Of a DNA stretch of 64,000 bases, positions 49,024 to 63,190 are shown one piece after another (position 1 is the stretch's first letter; each line of letters begins with the position of its first letter). The notes below the pieces were generated by a model that worked only from the letters and a program-made list of their open reading frames with translations, was not told the DNA's origin and searched no databases. The translations under genes were made by a program, and so were the position numbers. The DNA comes from an uncultured Actinomycetes bacterium (lineage in GTDB: Bacteria; Actinomycetota; UBA4738; HRBIN12). The stretch covers positions 193,602 through 257,601 of the forward strand of contig CAVQCI010000001.1 in NCBI GenBank assembly GCA_963710985.1, written 5' to 3'.

Positions 49024-49505
49024 TGGCGGGGGCGGTCGAACGCTTCGTGGAGGCAGCCCTGGCGCTGGGCCTCGAGCCCGACGTGCACCGGTTCCCGGAG
49101 GGGACGAAGACGGCGGACGACGCCGCGCGGGCGATCGGCTGCGACGTCGCGCAGATCGTGAAGTCGCTCGTGTTCGTCGCCGGCGATGACCCGGTGCTCG
49201 CGCTCACCTCGGGACGGCACCGAGTGGACACGGTACGGCTGGGGGCGCTGTGCGGGTCGGGGGAGGCACGGCGTGCCACCCCCGAGGAGGCTCGATCGGC
49301 GACGGGGTTCGCGGTGGGCGGCACACCGCCCTTCGGGCACCCGGCGCCCGTGCGGACCTTCGTCGACGAGACGCTGCTGTCCTTCGAGACGGTATGGGCC
49401 GCAGCGGGAACGCCCGACAGCGTGTTTCCCCTGGCTCCGGAGGACCTCGTGCGGCTCTCCCACGGCACGCTCGCGGTGTTCAACGGAAGTCCATCGCAAG
49501 GGTAG
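49023..49505 (+). CDS. YbaK/EbsC family aminoacyl-tRNA deacylase
   Basis: The ATG overlaps the glxK stop (TGATG), in the tail of ORF 48870..49505. The 160 aa include VKSLVF and GFAVGGTPPFGH. Confidence 0.8.
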   Translation: MAGAVERFVEAALALGLEPDVHRFPEGTKTADDAARAIGCDVAQIVKSLVFVAGDDPVLALTSGRHRVDTVRLGALCGSGEARRATPEEARSATGFAVGGTPPFGHPAPVRTFVDETLLSFETVWAAAGTPDSVFPLAPEDLVRLSHGTLAVFNGSPSQG

Positions 49506-49509
49506 GATT
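49487..49509 (+). promoter_or_regulatory. second copy of the 9-5-9 inverted repeat, upstream of erpA
   Basis: AAGTCCATC-GCAAG-GGTAGGATT has the same architecture as the sufB site. Its right arm contains a TAGGAT -10-like hexamer, 46 nt before the erpA ATG. Confidence 0.3.
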
Positions 49510-49554
49510 ACGGGGTCCGGCCGCCGGGCCGGTGAGGACGCAACCGGAGGAACG

Positions 49555-49875
49555 ATGTTGACGCTGACCGAAGCCGCAGCCGGCAAGGTGAAGGAGTTGC
49601 TCGTCGAGGAGGGCCGCGACGACATCGCGCTACGGATCGCCGTGCAGCCCGGCGGGTGCTCGGGTCTGCGCTACGCGATGTACCTCGACGACCAGGTCTC
49701 GGACAAGGACCAGGCGGAGGAGCAGCACGGCGTGCGGCTCGTGATCGACAAGATGTCGGTGCCCTACCTCACGCAGGCGACGGTCGATTTCGTCGACACC
49801 CTCGACCAGAGCGGGTTCACGATCGACAACCCTGCCGCGCAGAGCAGCTGCGCCTGCGGGAACTCCTTCCACTAA
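49555..49875 (+). CDS. erpA: A-type Fe-S cluster carrier (HesB/IscA/ErpA family)
   Basis: The start is the internal ATG after GGAGGAA, in ORF 49186..49875. The 106 aa include GGCSG and a C-terminal CACGNSF. Confidence 0.85.
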   Translation: MLTLTEAAAGKVKELLVEEGRDDIALRIAVQPGGCSGLRYAMYLDDQVSDKDQAEEQHGVRLVIDKMSVPYLTQATVDFVDTLDQSGFTIDNPAAQSSCACGNSFH

Positions 49876-49974
49876 GTCGGTCACCTGGCGGGTCCGGTGT
49901 CTTCCGCAACCCGCCCATAGCCCGCGGGACCGTCGGCCCGGGGCGGCCCCGCTCGTTTCCGGCACCATGAAGAC

Positions 49975-51147
49975 ATGGGAGATCGACCGAGCGTCGGTGT
50001 TCCCCGGGAGTCACTCCCGAGCGAGACACGGGTAGCGATGGTGCCGGCGCAGGTGCCGGCGCTCGTGAAGGCGGGCCTCGCGGTCGTCGTGGAGACGAAC
50101 GCAGGCGCCTCCGCCGGCTACACCGACGACCTCTACGTCGCGAACGGCGCCGCGATCGGGGACCGCGAAGCGGCGTTCGGCACCGACATCGTGGTCCAGG
50201 TCCGAACCGCAGCCGCCGACCTCGAGCACGCCACCGACGATCTGACCCGCATCCGCCCGGACGCGGTGCTGATGGGCATGTGTGAACCGCTGGATCACGT
50301 CGAGGGCGTGAAGACGCTGGCGTCGACCGGGGCCACCGTGTTCGCGCTCGAGTTCGTGCCGAGGATCGCGCGAGCCCAGCACATGGATGCGCTCTCGTCG
50401 CAGTCCACGATCGCGGGGTACTCGGCCGTCGTGATGGCGGCCGACCGGCTCCTGAAGATCTTCCCGATGCTCACCACCGCCGCAGGGACGATCGCCCCCG
50501 CACGCGCCCTCGTGATCGGGGCCGGCGTGACCGGCCTGCAGGCGATCGCGACCGCGCGCCGGCTCGGCGCCGTCGTCGAGGCATACGACGTCCGGCCTGC
50601 GGCGCAGGAGGACGTCGAGAGCGTGGGCGCGAAGCTCGTGCAGCTGCCGCTGGAGCCGGGCGACGCCGAGGACGCCAGCGGCTACGCGAAGGACCTCGGC
50701 GAGGCCTTCTACCGGCGTCAGCAGGAGTTCCTGGTGCAGGTCGTGGCGGGGATCGACGTCGTGATCAGCACGGCAGCGATCCCCGGCCGTCCCGCTCCGG
50801 TCCTGGTGACCGAGGACGCGGTCCGGGGGATGGGTTTCGGGTCCGTGATCGTTGACGTCGCCGCCTCCCGCGGCGGGAACTGCGCCCTCACCAAGGCCGA
50901 CGAGATCGTTCGGGTCGACGGGGTGACGATCCTCGGACCGACGAACCTGCCCGCGCACGCGCCGTTCCACGCCAGCCAGCTGTATGCGCGCAACGTCACG
51001 AACTTCCTGCTCGCGATGGTGAAGGACGGCGCCTTCGCACCCGACGAGGAGGACCAGATCGTCCGCGAGACGCTGATCGCCCGTGGCGGCAGGGTCGTGC
51101 ACCCGCGGCTGGTGCCCACGGAGACGCCCGAGGAGGTGTCCGCCTGA
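49975..51147 (+). CDS. pntAA: NAD(P) transhydrogenase subunit alpha, part 1
   Basis: ORF 49975..51147(+), 390 aa. It has an AlaDH/PNT fold and GAGVTGLQAIATARRLGA. Confidence 0.9.
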   Translation: MGDRPSVGVPRESLPSETRVAMVPAQVPALVKAGLAVVVETNAGASAGYTDDLYVANGAAIGDREAAFGTDIVVQVRTAAADLEHATDDLTRIRPDAVLMGMCEPLDHVEGVKTLASTGATVFALEFVPRIARAQHMDALSSQSTIAGYSAVVMAADRLLKIFPMLTTAAGTIAPARALVIGAGVTGLQAIATARRLGAVVEAYDVRPAAQEDVESVGAKLVQLPLEPGDAEDASGYAKDLGEAFYRRQQEFLVQVVAGIDVVISTAAIPGRPAPVLVTEDAVRGMGFGSVIVDVAASRGGNCALTKADEIVRVDGVTILGPTNLPAHAPFHASQLYARNVTNFLLAMVKDGAFAPDEEDQIVRETLIARGGRVVHPRLVPTETPEEVSA

Positions 51148-51455
51148 TGTACGAACGGATCGAGATCGGACTCTTCGTCTTCGTGCTGGCGACCTTCATC
51201 GGGTTCGAGGTGATCCGCCGCGTGCCGCCGCTCCTGCACACCCCCTTGATGTCGCTCACGAACGCGATCTCGGGCATCTCGCTGGTGGGCTCGTTGATCC
51301 TGGCCGGAGCCGGCGAGACCACGTACGCCACGATCATGGGCGCGGCCGCCGTGTGCCTGTCCACGATCAACGTCGTCGGTGGGTTCGTGATCACCGACCG
51401 GATGTTGAAGATGTTCCACCGGGAACGACGCCGGCCTGGGGGTGAGCCGGCATGA
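51147..51455 (+). CDS. pntAB: NAD(P) transhydrogenase subunit alpha, part 2 (membrane)
   Basis: ORF 51147..51455(+), 102 aa. It has HTPLMSLTNAISGI, and its ATG overlaps the pntAA stop. Confidence 0.9.
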   Translation: MYERIEIGLFVFVLATFIGFEVIRRVPPLLHTPLMSLTNAISGISLVGSLILAGAGETTYATIMGAAAVCLSTINVVGGFVITDRMLKMFHRERRRPGGEPA

Positions 51456-52864
51456 CGACCGGATGGCGCGACTGGTTCATGCTCTTCACCTACGTCGCGG
51501 CAGGCGTCGGCTTCGTCTTCGCCTTGAAGTGGCTGACGCACCCGACGACGGCGCGCAAGGGCGTGCAGGCCGGCGAGCTCGGGATGCTGCTGGCCGTGAT
51601 CGGGACGCTCGTGCATGCCGAGGTCGTCAACTGGATCTGGATCCTGGTGGCGGTCTTCGTCGGCTCGGCGATCGGTACCGCGATCGGTCTGTTCGTCTCG
51701 ATGACCGCGATGCCACAGCGGATCGCGTTCTCCCACGCATGCGGCGCTCTCGCCGCCGCCCTCGTCGGCTCGGCTGAGTACATGTTGCGGCAGCCGGACA
51801 TCGAGCCGTTCACGATGGCGATCCTGGGCCTCGAGATGCTGCTCGGATACCTCACGTTCACGGGGTCGATGATCGCCTTCGGCAAGCTGCAGGGCTGGGT
51901 CGTGCCCGAACGGCCGATGGTCTATCGAGGTCAGAACATCGTGAACCTGACCATGCTGGGGGTCGGCGTGGTCCTGGCGGGGGTCCTCACGGTCGACCCG
52001 AGCCGCACGGAACTGCTCGTGCCGTTGGTCGTGATCGGCCTGGCGTTCGGTGTGATGTTCGTGATCCGGATCGGCGGCGCCGACATGCCGACCGTGATCT
52101 CGTTGCTGAACTCGTTCGCCGGTCTGTCCGGCGCCGCCCTCGGGTTCGCGATCGCGAACCCGATCTTGATCGTGGCCGGCGCCCTCGACGGATCGAGCGG
52201 GTTCCTGCTGTCGATCTTCATGTGCCGCGCGATGAACCGGTCCTTCGCGAACGTGCTGTTCGGCGGGTTCGGTCAGGAGCGGAAGACGGCCGGCGCTGTG
52301 GAGCACAAGCCGGTGCGGGCGACCACCGCCGAGGAGGTCGCGGTGCTGCTCGACACGGCGAGCCTCGTGATCGTCGCCCCCGGGTACGGGATGGCGGCCG
52401 CACAGGCGCAGCACAAGGTGAGCGAGCTCGCCGACCTGCTGGTCCGCCGCGGCGTCGAGGTGGTCTTCGCGATCCACCCGGTGGCCGGTCGGATGCCGGG
52501 TCATATGAACGTGCTCCTCGCCGACGCGAACGTGCCCTACGACCGGATGCAGCAGCTCGAGGACGTGAACCCGGAGTTCGAACGCTGCGATGTCGCGCTC
52601 GTGATCGGCGCGAACGACACCGTGAACCCCGCGGCGCGTCACGACGAGGGCAGCCCGATCTACGGCATGCCGATCCTCGACGTCGACAAGGCGCGTTCGG
52701 TCGTGGTGGTCAAGCGTTCGATGCGCGCCGGGTTCGCGGGCATCGAGAACGAGCTCTTCTACGCGCCGCAGACCTCGATGCTCTTCGGCGACGCGAAGGA
52801 CGTCGTCGGCGAGCTGGTGCACGAGGTCGGGCGGATCCCCGCGCGCGCGGTCGTCGCCGCCTGA
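51452..52864 (+). CDS. pntB: NAD(P) transhydrogenase subunit beta
   Basis: ORF 51452..52864(+), 470 aa. It has a polytopic N-terminus and a dIII domain (APGYGMAAAQAQH, HPVAGRMPGHMNVLLAD). It shares an ATGA overlap with pntAB. Confidence 0.9.
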   Translation: MTTGWRDWFMLFTYVAAGVGFVFALKWLTHPTTARKGVQAGELGMLLAVIGTLVHAEVVNWIWILVAVFVGSAIGTAIGLFVSMTAMPQRIAFSHACGALAAALVGSAEYMLRQPDIEPFTMAILGLEMLLGYLTFTGSMIAFGKLQGWVVPERPMVYRGQNIVNLTMLGVGVVLAGVLTVDPSRTELLVPLVVIGLAFGVMFVIRIGGADMPTVISLLNSFAGLSGAALGFAIANPILIVAGALDGSSGFLLSIFMCRAMNRSFANVLFGGFGQERKTAGAVEHKPVRATTAEEVAVLLDTASLVIVAPGYGMAAAQAQHKVSELADLLVRRGVEVVFAIHPVAGRMPGHMNVLLADANVPYDRMQQLEDVNPEFERCDVALVIGANDTVNPAARHDEGSPIYGMPILDVDKARSVVVVKRSMRAGFAGIENELFYAPQTSMLFGDAKDVVGELVHEVGRIPARAVVAA

Positions 52865-52944
52865 CGGTGCACCCGGCACGACCAGCCGACGCGGGTTCTT
52901 CCTCGATGCACGTCGATCCCGGGAGTGGTGCGGCCGGCGGACGC

Positions 52945-52987
52945 GAAGCGGCGCTCACCCGCGTGACCTTCGGGTGAGCGCCGCTTC
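52945..52987. terminator. perfect 16-bp hairpin between convergent pntB and the malic enzyme gene
   Basis: GAAGCGGCGCTCACCC-(11-nt loop)-GGGTGAGCGCCGCTTC. It is the longest perfect stem I found in the window. Confidence 0.65.
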
Positions 52988-52994
52988 GTCCAGG

Positions 52995-54700
52995 TCAGAC
53001 GGCCACGTACTCCTCGTAGTCGGGGAACCACATCCGTGCGTCGACGGCCTCGGCGATCTCTTCGTCGGAGAACGCCCGGCCGATCCCCGCGTCGCGGGCG
53101 ACCTTGGCGACCTCGATCGCGATCGATCCGCGACGCTGTGCGCAGCTCCTGCTGCGAGGGGTAGAGCGACCCCTGCGCAGAGTCGTTCCTCGGGGACGAT
53201 CGCGGCGAGCGACTCGGCCGCGGCGAGGAACATCTCGTTCGTGACCTCGCGCGCCTCGGACACGATCGTGCCCAAGCCGACCCCGGGGAAGATGAACGCG
53301 TTGTTCGCCTGCCCGATCAGGTGGGTCGTGCCGTCGAACTCCACCGGCTCGAAGGGGCTGCCGGTGGCTACCAGCGCCCTTCCCTGGGTCCACTTGATGA
53401 TGTCGGCGGGGAGAGCCTCCGTCTTCGACGTCGGGTTCGACATCGGGAAGATGATCGGACGCTCGGCCGTCTCCGCCATCGCGCGGACCGCCTCCTCGGT
53501 GAACGTGCCCGGCGTGCCGCTGGTGCCGATCAGGATCGTCGGCCGCATGTGCCGGATCACGGTCGCGAGGTCGAACCGCACCTCGGGGCTGCAGGCGCCG
53601 AACGTGAGGGCGTCCATGGCGGCGGGCCGAGCGCCAGCTCTTCCTTGTCCGCGTCGAGCGGGTCCCGCCCCACGAAGCAGAGCCCGCGGGAGTCGAGCAT
53701 CGCGATCGAGCGAGCGACCGTCTCCTCATCGGCCCCGTCGCGGAGCATCGCCGAGCGGACCAACCGGGCCATCCCGATACCTGCCGCCCCTGAGCCCAGG
53801 AACACCAGCCGTTGGTCGGTGAGCCGGGCGCCGAGGCGACGCAGGGCTGCGAGGACCCCGGCGACGACCACTCCGGCCGTTCCCTGGATGTCGTCGTTGA
53901 AGCTCGTGAGACGGTGCCGGTACCGGTCGAGCAAGCGGATCGCGTTGTGCTGCTTGAAGTCCTCCCACTGCAAGACGGCGTGGGGGAAGACCGTCGATCA
54001 CGCCCTCCACGAAGGCCTCGATGAAGCGGTCGTACTCCTCACCGCGCAGGCGCGGGTGCCGCCAGCCGAGGTACAGCGGGTCGTCGAGGAGCGCTCGGTG
54101 TCGGTGCCGACGTCCAGGGAGATCGGAAGGGTCGTTGCCGGGGTGGATCCCCGCCCCGGCCGTGTAGAGCGCGAGCTTGCCGACCGGGATGCCCATCCCG
54201 CCGGCGCCGAGGTCGCCCAGACCCAGGATCCGCTCGTTGTCGGTGACGACGATCAGGCGCACCTCGTCGTGCCGCGCGTTGCGAAGCAGGCTCGGGATGC
54301 GGTCGATGTCGTCCGGCGTGATCCACAGTCCGCGCGGACGGCGCAAGATGTGGCTGTATTCCTGGCACGCGCGGCCGACCACCGGCGTGTAGACGATCGG
54401 CAGCAGCTCTTCGAGGTGCTCGACGAGCACGCGGTAGTAGAGGGTCTCGTTGCGGTCCTGCAGCGCCGCGAGCCCGATGAACTTCTCGAGGTCGTCGTCC
54501 TTGCGGTGCAGGTGCTCCATCTCGACGGCGACCTGCTCCTCGATCGTCGTCACCCGTTGAGGCATCAGACCGTGCAGACCGAACCGGTCTCGCTCCTCGT
54601 CGGTGAAGGCGGTGTCCTTGTTGAACATCGGCTGTTCGAGGAGATCCGCGCCGCGGAACGGGACCTCGATCCCCGTCCGCTCAGGTGCCTGGACGCTCAT
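52995..54700 (-). pseudogene. NAD(P)-dependent malic enzyme, about 6 frame breaks
   Basis: The N-terminus lies in ORF 53726..54778 ([57 protein letters not shown]). The middle lies in ORF 53557..53973 ([30 protein letters not shown]). The C-terminus lies in 52955..53617 and 52995..53729 (..PIIFPMSNPTSKTE.. / ..WFPDYEEYVAV*). The breaks are near 54141, 54094, 53984, 53625, 53170 and 53128. Confidence 0.85.
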
Positions 54701-54837
54701 GGTGGGTTCCTTCCACTCGTGCGCAGGCGACGGCCCGCGCGCCACCCTCACGTTGGCGCATGCGGAGGCGGGCCCCAACGGGCGAGCGACCCGCGCTCGA
54801 AGGGCCTGCCGTCCCCCTCGGGTATCCTCATCGGCGG

Positions 54838-55022
54838 GTGGATGACGATCTGCAGGCCCCGGTGATCATGATGAGCCAGAACCGCGCCGCGGCCCGCGAC
54901 GAGGCGCTCGCCGCCGACCACTACCGCGAGGGCAAGAAGATGGAGCGGCTCCTCGAGGAGAACACCAAGCTCACCGAGGAGGTCCATAGCCTCACCGCGG
55001 AGATCCACGCGCTCGTCACGCG

Positions 55023-55026
<4 letters not shown>
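54838..55026 (+). pseudogene. C-terminal remnant of a DUF1003 family membrane protein
   Basis: [62 protein letters not shown] matches only the (A)PIIMMSQNRQAxRD + coiled-coil C-terminus of DUF1003. The two N-terminal TM helices have no room, because the malic enzyme start is 137 nt upstream on the other strand. Confidence 0.4.
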
Positions 55027-58654
<3,628 letters not shown>

Positions 58655-58755
58655 GGCCTTCGAGCCTACCGGCACGCGCAGGACCGACGGTGCGCGCGGG
58701 TGCGCCGTGCGCGGCCGTCCGGGCTAGGCTTCGCCATGAGCCAGGGCCGCCGGAC

Positions 58756-59247
58756 ATGCTGCTCCGACGCGGGCCCGGCGCGGCTCGGCGTGCGCCGCCC
58801 GAGCAGCCGTCCGCGACGCACCCTGCGGCGAGAACGCGCACGTCCCTTGCCGCCGTCCCACTGTTCAGGCGGCTTCTCGAAAAGCACCTGAACCGGCTCG
58901 CGAAGCAGACCGACGAGCTGACGTTCGACCCGGGGGAGCGGATCGTCGAGGAGGGGATGCTAGGCGAGACGCTCTTCGTGGTGCTGCGGGCGCGGCCAAG
59001 GTGATCCGCGGGGCACGGAAGGTCGGCGAGGTGTTGCCCGGCGACTTCTTCGGTGAGCTCTCGGCGCTGGACGGCGGCCCTCGCAGCCGCGATCGTGGCG
59101 GAGACCCCGATGCGGGTGCTGCGGCTGTTCCGCCGGACGCTCTGCGACCTGATCCACGAGGAGCCCCGGCTCTCTTGAAGCTGCTCGACGGGATCGTCCG
59201 GCGGGTCCGCCAGGTCCAGCGCCACTGCGCCGACGCGCTCGGACTAG
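58756..59247 (+). pseudogene. stand-alone cyclic nucleotide-binding domain protein (paralog of 5814..6242), at least 3 frame breaks
   Basis: The segments are [55 protein letters not shown] / [29 protein letters not shown] / [28 protein letters not shown] / [15 protein letters not shown], spread across frames. The breaks are near 58993, 59090 and 59174. The 3' end is uncertain. Confidence 0.55.
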
Positions 59248-60171
59248 CCGACGAGCAGCGCGTCGAGCTCCTCGAGCGTCGCGTCGTCCAGCCGCACGTC
59301 GCCGGCGGCCGCGTTATCGCGCACGTGGGCAGCGTTGCGGCTCCCGGCGATCGCGCTGGTCACCCCCGGCTGGTGAACGTTCCAGGCGAGGGCGAGCTGC
59401 GCCATCGAGATCCCGAGTCGCTCCGCGATCGGCCGAAGGCGCTCCAGCACCGCGAAGACCCGGTCCAGCCGGTCGGGCTCGGTCCATCCTTCCCGGGCGC
59501 GCCAGTCGTCGATCGCGCCCGCGCGTCGCGGTGATCGCCCCCGCGAGGAGCCCACGCCGAGCGGGGAGTAGCTCACGACGCCGGTCCCGACCTCGCCGCA
59601 CCAGCGGATCAGCTCACGGTCCTCGAGCACCAGCATCGAGAACTCCTGCTGCAGCGAGTCGACATGGCGGATCGCCTCGCAGCGCTCGATCAGCTCCCGG
59701 TCGAAGTTCGAGACCCCCGCGTGGCCGACCTTGCCGGCGTCCACGAGCTCGGCCATCGCGCCCCACGTCTCCTCGACCGGGACGCCCGTCTCGTCGGGCC
59801 AGTGCAGCTGGTAGAGGTCGATATGATCGATCCCGAGCCTGCCGAGCGAGGCGTCGCACGCCGCGCGGACCTGCTCCGGACGGAACCCGCTGCCCTCGGG
59901 CGAGGGCCCGACCTTGCTCGCGATCAGGACGCGTCGCGGGCCCGGCGATCGCCTTGCCCACGATCGTCTCCGACACGCCCTTGCCGTAGACCTCGGCGGT
60001 GTCGATCCATGTGATGGCGGCGTCGAACCGCCGTCCGCATCGCGTCGATCACGGCCTCTTCCTCGACTCGTTCGGACCCCAGGCGTCGCCGCCCGCCTCC
60101 CACGCACCGAACCCGATCACCGAGATCTCGGGGCCCTCGACCCCAGCCGCTTCGTATCTGCATGTCGACAT
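59244..60171 (-). pseudogene. aldo/keto reductase, about 5 frame breaks
   Basis: The segments are MSTCRYEAAGVEGPEISVIGFGAWE.. / EEEAVIDAMRTA / FDAAITWIDTAEVYGKGVSETIVGKAIAG / VLIASKVG..IDHIDLYQLHWPD..HAGVSNF..VVSYSPLGVG / LLAGAITATR / ..GVTSAIAGSRNAAHVRDN. The breaks are near 60062, 60028, 59941, 59555 and 59520. Confidence 0.75.
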
Positions 60172-60274
60172 CTCACACATGCGGCACCACGGCATCCGGG
60201 GAGCGGCACGCTAGGCTAGATGCTGACGGCAACAACCCCCTACGGAGGAGCCAGGCCTCTCCGGCCGAGCCGCC

Positions 60275-62110
60275 ATGACCAAGACCGTCGAAGAACGAGA
60301 CCGGGTCGTCGTCCGGTTCGCAGGCGATTCCGGCGACGGGATGCAGCTGACCGGCGACCGGTTCACGAACGCCACCGCGCTCCTCGGCAACGACCTCGCC
60401 ACGCTGCCGGACTTCCCGGCGGAGATCCGGGCTCCCGCCGGTACGGTCCACGGGGTCTCGGCGTTCCAGATCCAGTTCGCTTCGACCGACATCACGACCC
60501 CGGGCGATCATGCAGACGTCCTGGTCGCGATGAACCCCGCCGCGCTCAAGGCCGACCTTCGCAAGGTCGCCCGCGGTGGTTCGCTGATCCTCAACGAGGA
60601 CGCGTTCACGCAGCGCAACCTCGAGAAGGCCGGCTACACGCAGGACCCGACCGCCGACGGGAGCCTCGACGGCTACCAGGTCTACAAGGTCCCGATGACC
60701 ACGATCACGGTTCGGGCCGTCGAGGACCTCGGGATCTCCAAGAAGGAGGCCGAGCGCGCGAAGAACATGTTCGCGCTGGGGTTGGTCTCGTGGATGTACG
60801 GCAGGCCGACCGAGGCTTACGCTGCAGTGGCTCGAGAAGAAGTTCGGCTCCAAGCAGGAGATCCTCCAAGCCAACGTCGCGGCGTTCAACGCCGGGTACA
60901 ACTTCGGCGAGACGACCGAGGTCTTCGGCCAGGTGCTCGTGAAGGCCGCGCCGGCCGAGCCTGGGACCTACCGCAACGTCGCGGGGGCGCAGGCGCTCGC
61001 CTGGGGGCTGATCGCGCGCCGCGAGCCGTGCCGGCCTCCCCCTGTTCTACGCGAGCTATCCGATCACGCCGGCCTCCGACCTGCTGCACGAGCTGTCGCG
61101 CCACAAGAACTTCGACGTGCTCACGGTCCAGGCGGAGGACGAGATCGCGGCCGCGAACATGGCGTTCGGCGCGGCGTTCGCGGGCCAGCTCGGCGTCACC
61201 GGCACGAGCGGCCCGGGGCTCGACCTCAAGGCCGAGACCATGGGGCTCGCCGTGATCGCGGAGCTCCCGATGGTCGTGGTCGACGTCCAGCGCGCCGGGC
61301 CTTCCACGGGCCTGCCGACCAAGACCGAGCAGAGCGACCTGCTGCTCGCGATGTTCGGCCGCCACGGCGACTCGCCGATCCCGGTGGTCGCGGCGGCGTC
61401 CTCGCCGCCGACTGCTTCGACGTCGCGCTCGACGCCGCCCGGGTCGCGATCACCTACCGCACGCCGGTGATCGTGCTGTCCGACAGCTTCCTGCAGAACT
61501 CCTCCGAGCCCTGGCGGGTGCCGGCGGTCGATGACCTCCCGGTGATCGACCCGCGGTTCGCGGAGCCCAACGGCGAGGTGTTCCAGCCGTACGCGCGCGA
61601 CGAACGCCTCGCGCGTCCCTGGGCGATCCCGGGGACGCGGGCCTGCAGCACCGGATCGGTGGGCTCGAGCGCCAGGACGGCACCGGCAACATCAGCTACG
61701 ACCCCGTGAACCACGAGCGGATGACGCGAGCTGCGGGCCGCGAAGGTCGAGGGGATCGCCTCCGACATCCCGCCGCTCGAGGTCGACGACCCCGACGGCG
61801 ACGCGGAGCTGCTCGTGCTCGGCTGGGGCTCGACGGCGGGCACGATCCGCGCGGCGGCCCGACGGGTGCGCGAGCGCGGGCGCAAGGTCGCGACCGCTCA
61901 CCTGCGCTGGGTCCATCCGTTCCCGGCGAACACCGAAGAGGTCGTGACGCGCTACCGCGGGTGCTGATCCCGGAGCTCAACACGGGCCAGCTGTCGATGC
62001 TGATCAGGGCGAGGTACCTCGTGGACGCGGTGTCGTTCTCGAAGGTGCAGGGCCTCCCGATCTGGGCCGACGAACTCGAGAACGGGATCTGGGGGATGCT
62101 CGATGACTGA
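60275..62110 (+). pseudogene. korA: 2-oxoglutarate/2-oxoacid:ferredoxin oxidoreductase alpha subunit, about 6 frame breaks
   Basis: The segments are [27 protein letters not shown].. / [30 protein letters not shown].. / [53 protein letters not shown] / [26 protein letters not shown] / GLQHRIGGLE..YDPVNHERM / LRAAKVEGIA..LGWGST / VLIPELNTGQLS..*. The breaks are near 60818, 61020, 61400, 61638, 61730 and 61953. Confidence 0.85.
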
Positions 62111-62137
62111 CGTGCAGCCGAGGGCGACGCGACCGGT

Positions 62138-63139
62138 GTGGCCACCCTCACCAAGAAGGACTTCACCTCCGAGCAGGAGCCGCGGTGGTGCCCCGGCTGC
62201 GGCGACTACGCGATCCTCGCCGCGGTCCAGGGGTTCATGCCCGAGCTCGGGATCGAGCCGCAGAACACGGTGTTCATCTCGGGGATCGGCTGCAGCGGCC
62301 GGTTCACCTACTACATGGACACCTACGGGTTCCACGGGATCCACGGGCGCGCGCCGGCGATCGCGACCGGCGTCGCCACGGCCCGTCCGGACCTCAGCGT
62401 GTGGGTCGTCACCGGCGACGGCGACGCTCTGTCGATCGGCGGGAACCACCTGATCCACGCGCTCCGGCGCAACGTGAACCTGAAGATCCTGATGTTCAAC
62501 AACCAGATCTACGGGCTCACGAAGGGCCAGTACTCGCCCACCTCGGAGGTCGGGAAGGTCACGAAGTCGACACCGTTCGGCTCGGTCGACCGGCCGTTCA
62601 ACCCGGTCGCGCTCGCGCTCGGGGCGGCGGCAACGTTCGTGGCACGCACGATCGACAACGACCGCCAGCACCTCACCGAGACGCTCCGCCAGGCCGCCGC
62701 CCATCCCGGCGCGGCCTTCGTCGAGATCTATCAGAACTGCAACGTGTTCAACGACGGCGCCTTCGACCTGCTCCGCGACAAACCGCAGGGGGCGCACAAC
62801 CAGATCCGCCTGGTCGACGGCGAGCCGATCCTGTTCGACGACGGGCAGCGCTGCGTGCGCGTGGGGGAGAACGGCCGGCTCGTGGTCGCCGACGTCGCCG
62901 ACTCCGATCCTGCCTCGATCGTCGTGCACGACGTGCACGGGCGCCCGTCCCTCGCGTTCGCGCTCGCCCACGTGTCGAGCGGGCCGACCGAGCCCACCTG
63001 CATCGGCGTCTTCCGCGAGGTGCAGAAGCCGACCTACGGCGAGGCGGTGCACGAGCAGCTCGCGCGTGCGAAGGAGCGATTGGGAGCGGGGGACCTCGAG
63101 AAGCTGCTGCTCGGCAGCGACTCCTGGACGGTCGGCTGA
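62138..63139 (+). CDS. korB: 2-oxoglutarate/2-oxoacid:ferredoxin oxidoreductase beta subunit
   Basis: ORF 62138..63139(+), 333 aa and intact. It has RWCPGCGDY and the TPP motif [12 protein letters not shown]. Confidence 0.9.
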   Translation: MATLTKKDFTSEQEPRWCPGCGDYAILAAVQGFMPELGIEPQNTVFISGIGCSGRFTYYMDTYGFHGIHGRAPAIATGVATARPDLSVWVVTGDGDALSIGGNHLIHALRRNVNLKILMFNNQIYGLTKGQYSPTSEVGKVTKSTPFGSVDRPFNPVALALGAAATFVARTIDNDRQHLTETLRQAAAHPGAAFVEIYQNCNVFNDGAFDLLRDKPQGAHNQIRLVDGEPILFDDGQRCVRVGENGRLVVADVADSDPASIVVHDVHGRPSLAFALAHVSSGPTEPTCIGVFREVQKPTYGEAVHEQLARAKERLGAGDLEKLLLGSDSWTVG

Positions 63140-63140
63140 G

Positions 63141-63190
63141 GCCCGCCGGCTGAGGTGGCCCGCCCGCTAGGCGGGTCGCCTCCGGCGGGC
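63141..63190. terminator. GC-rich nested hairpin between convergent korB and the cysteine desulfurase gene
   Basis: The outer stem pairs GCCCGCCGG (63141-63149) with CCGGCGGGC (63182-63190). An inner CCCGC-TAG-GCGGG hairpin sits inside it. Confidence 0.35.

Noticed and set aside
58655-58755. A possible cobalamin or SAM riboswitch upstream of metH.
   Set aside because: The leader is about 100 nt and shared with a divergent gene. I found no B12-box or SAM-aptamer motifs. A TAGGCT -10-like hexamer sits only 9 nt before the ATG, which suggests a very short or absent leader.
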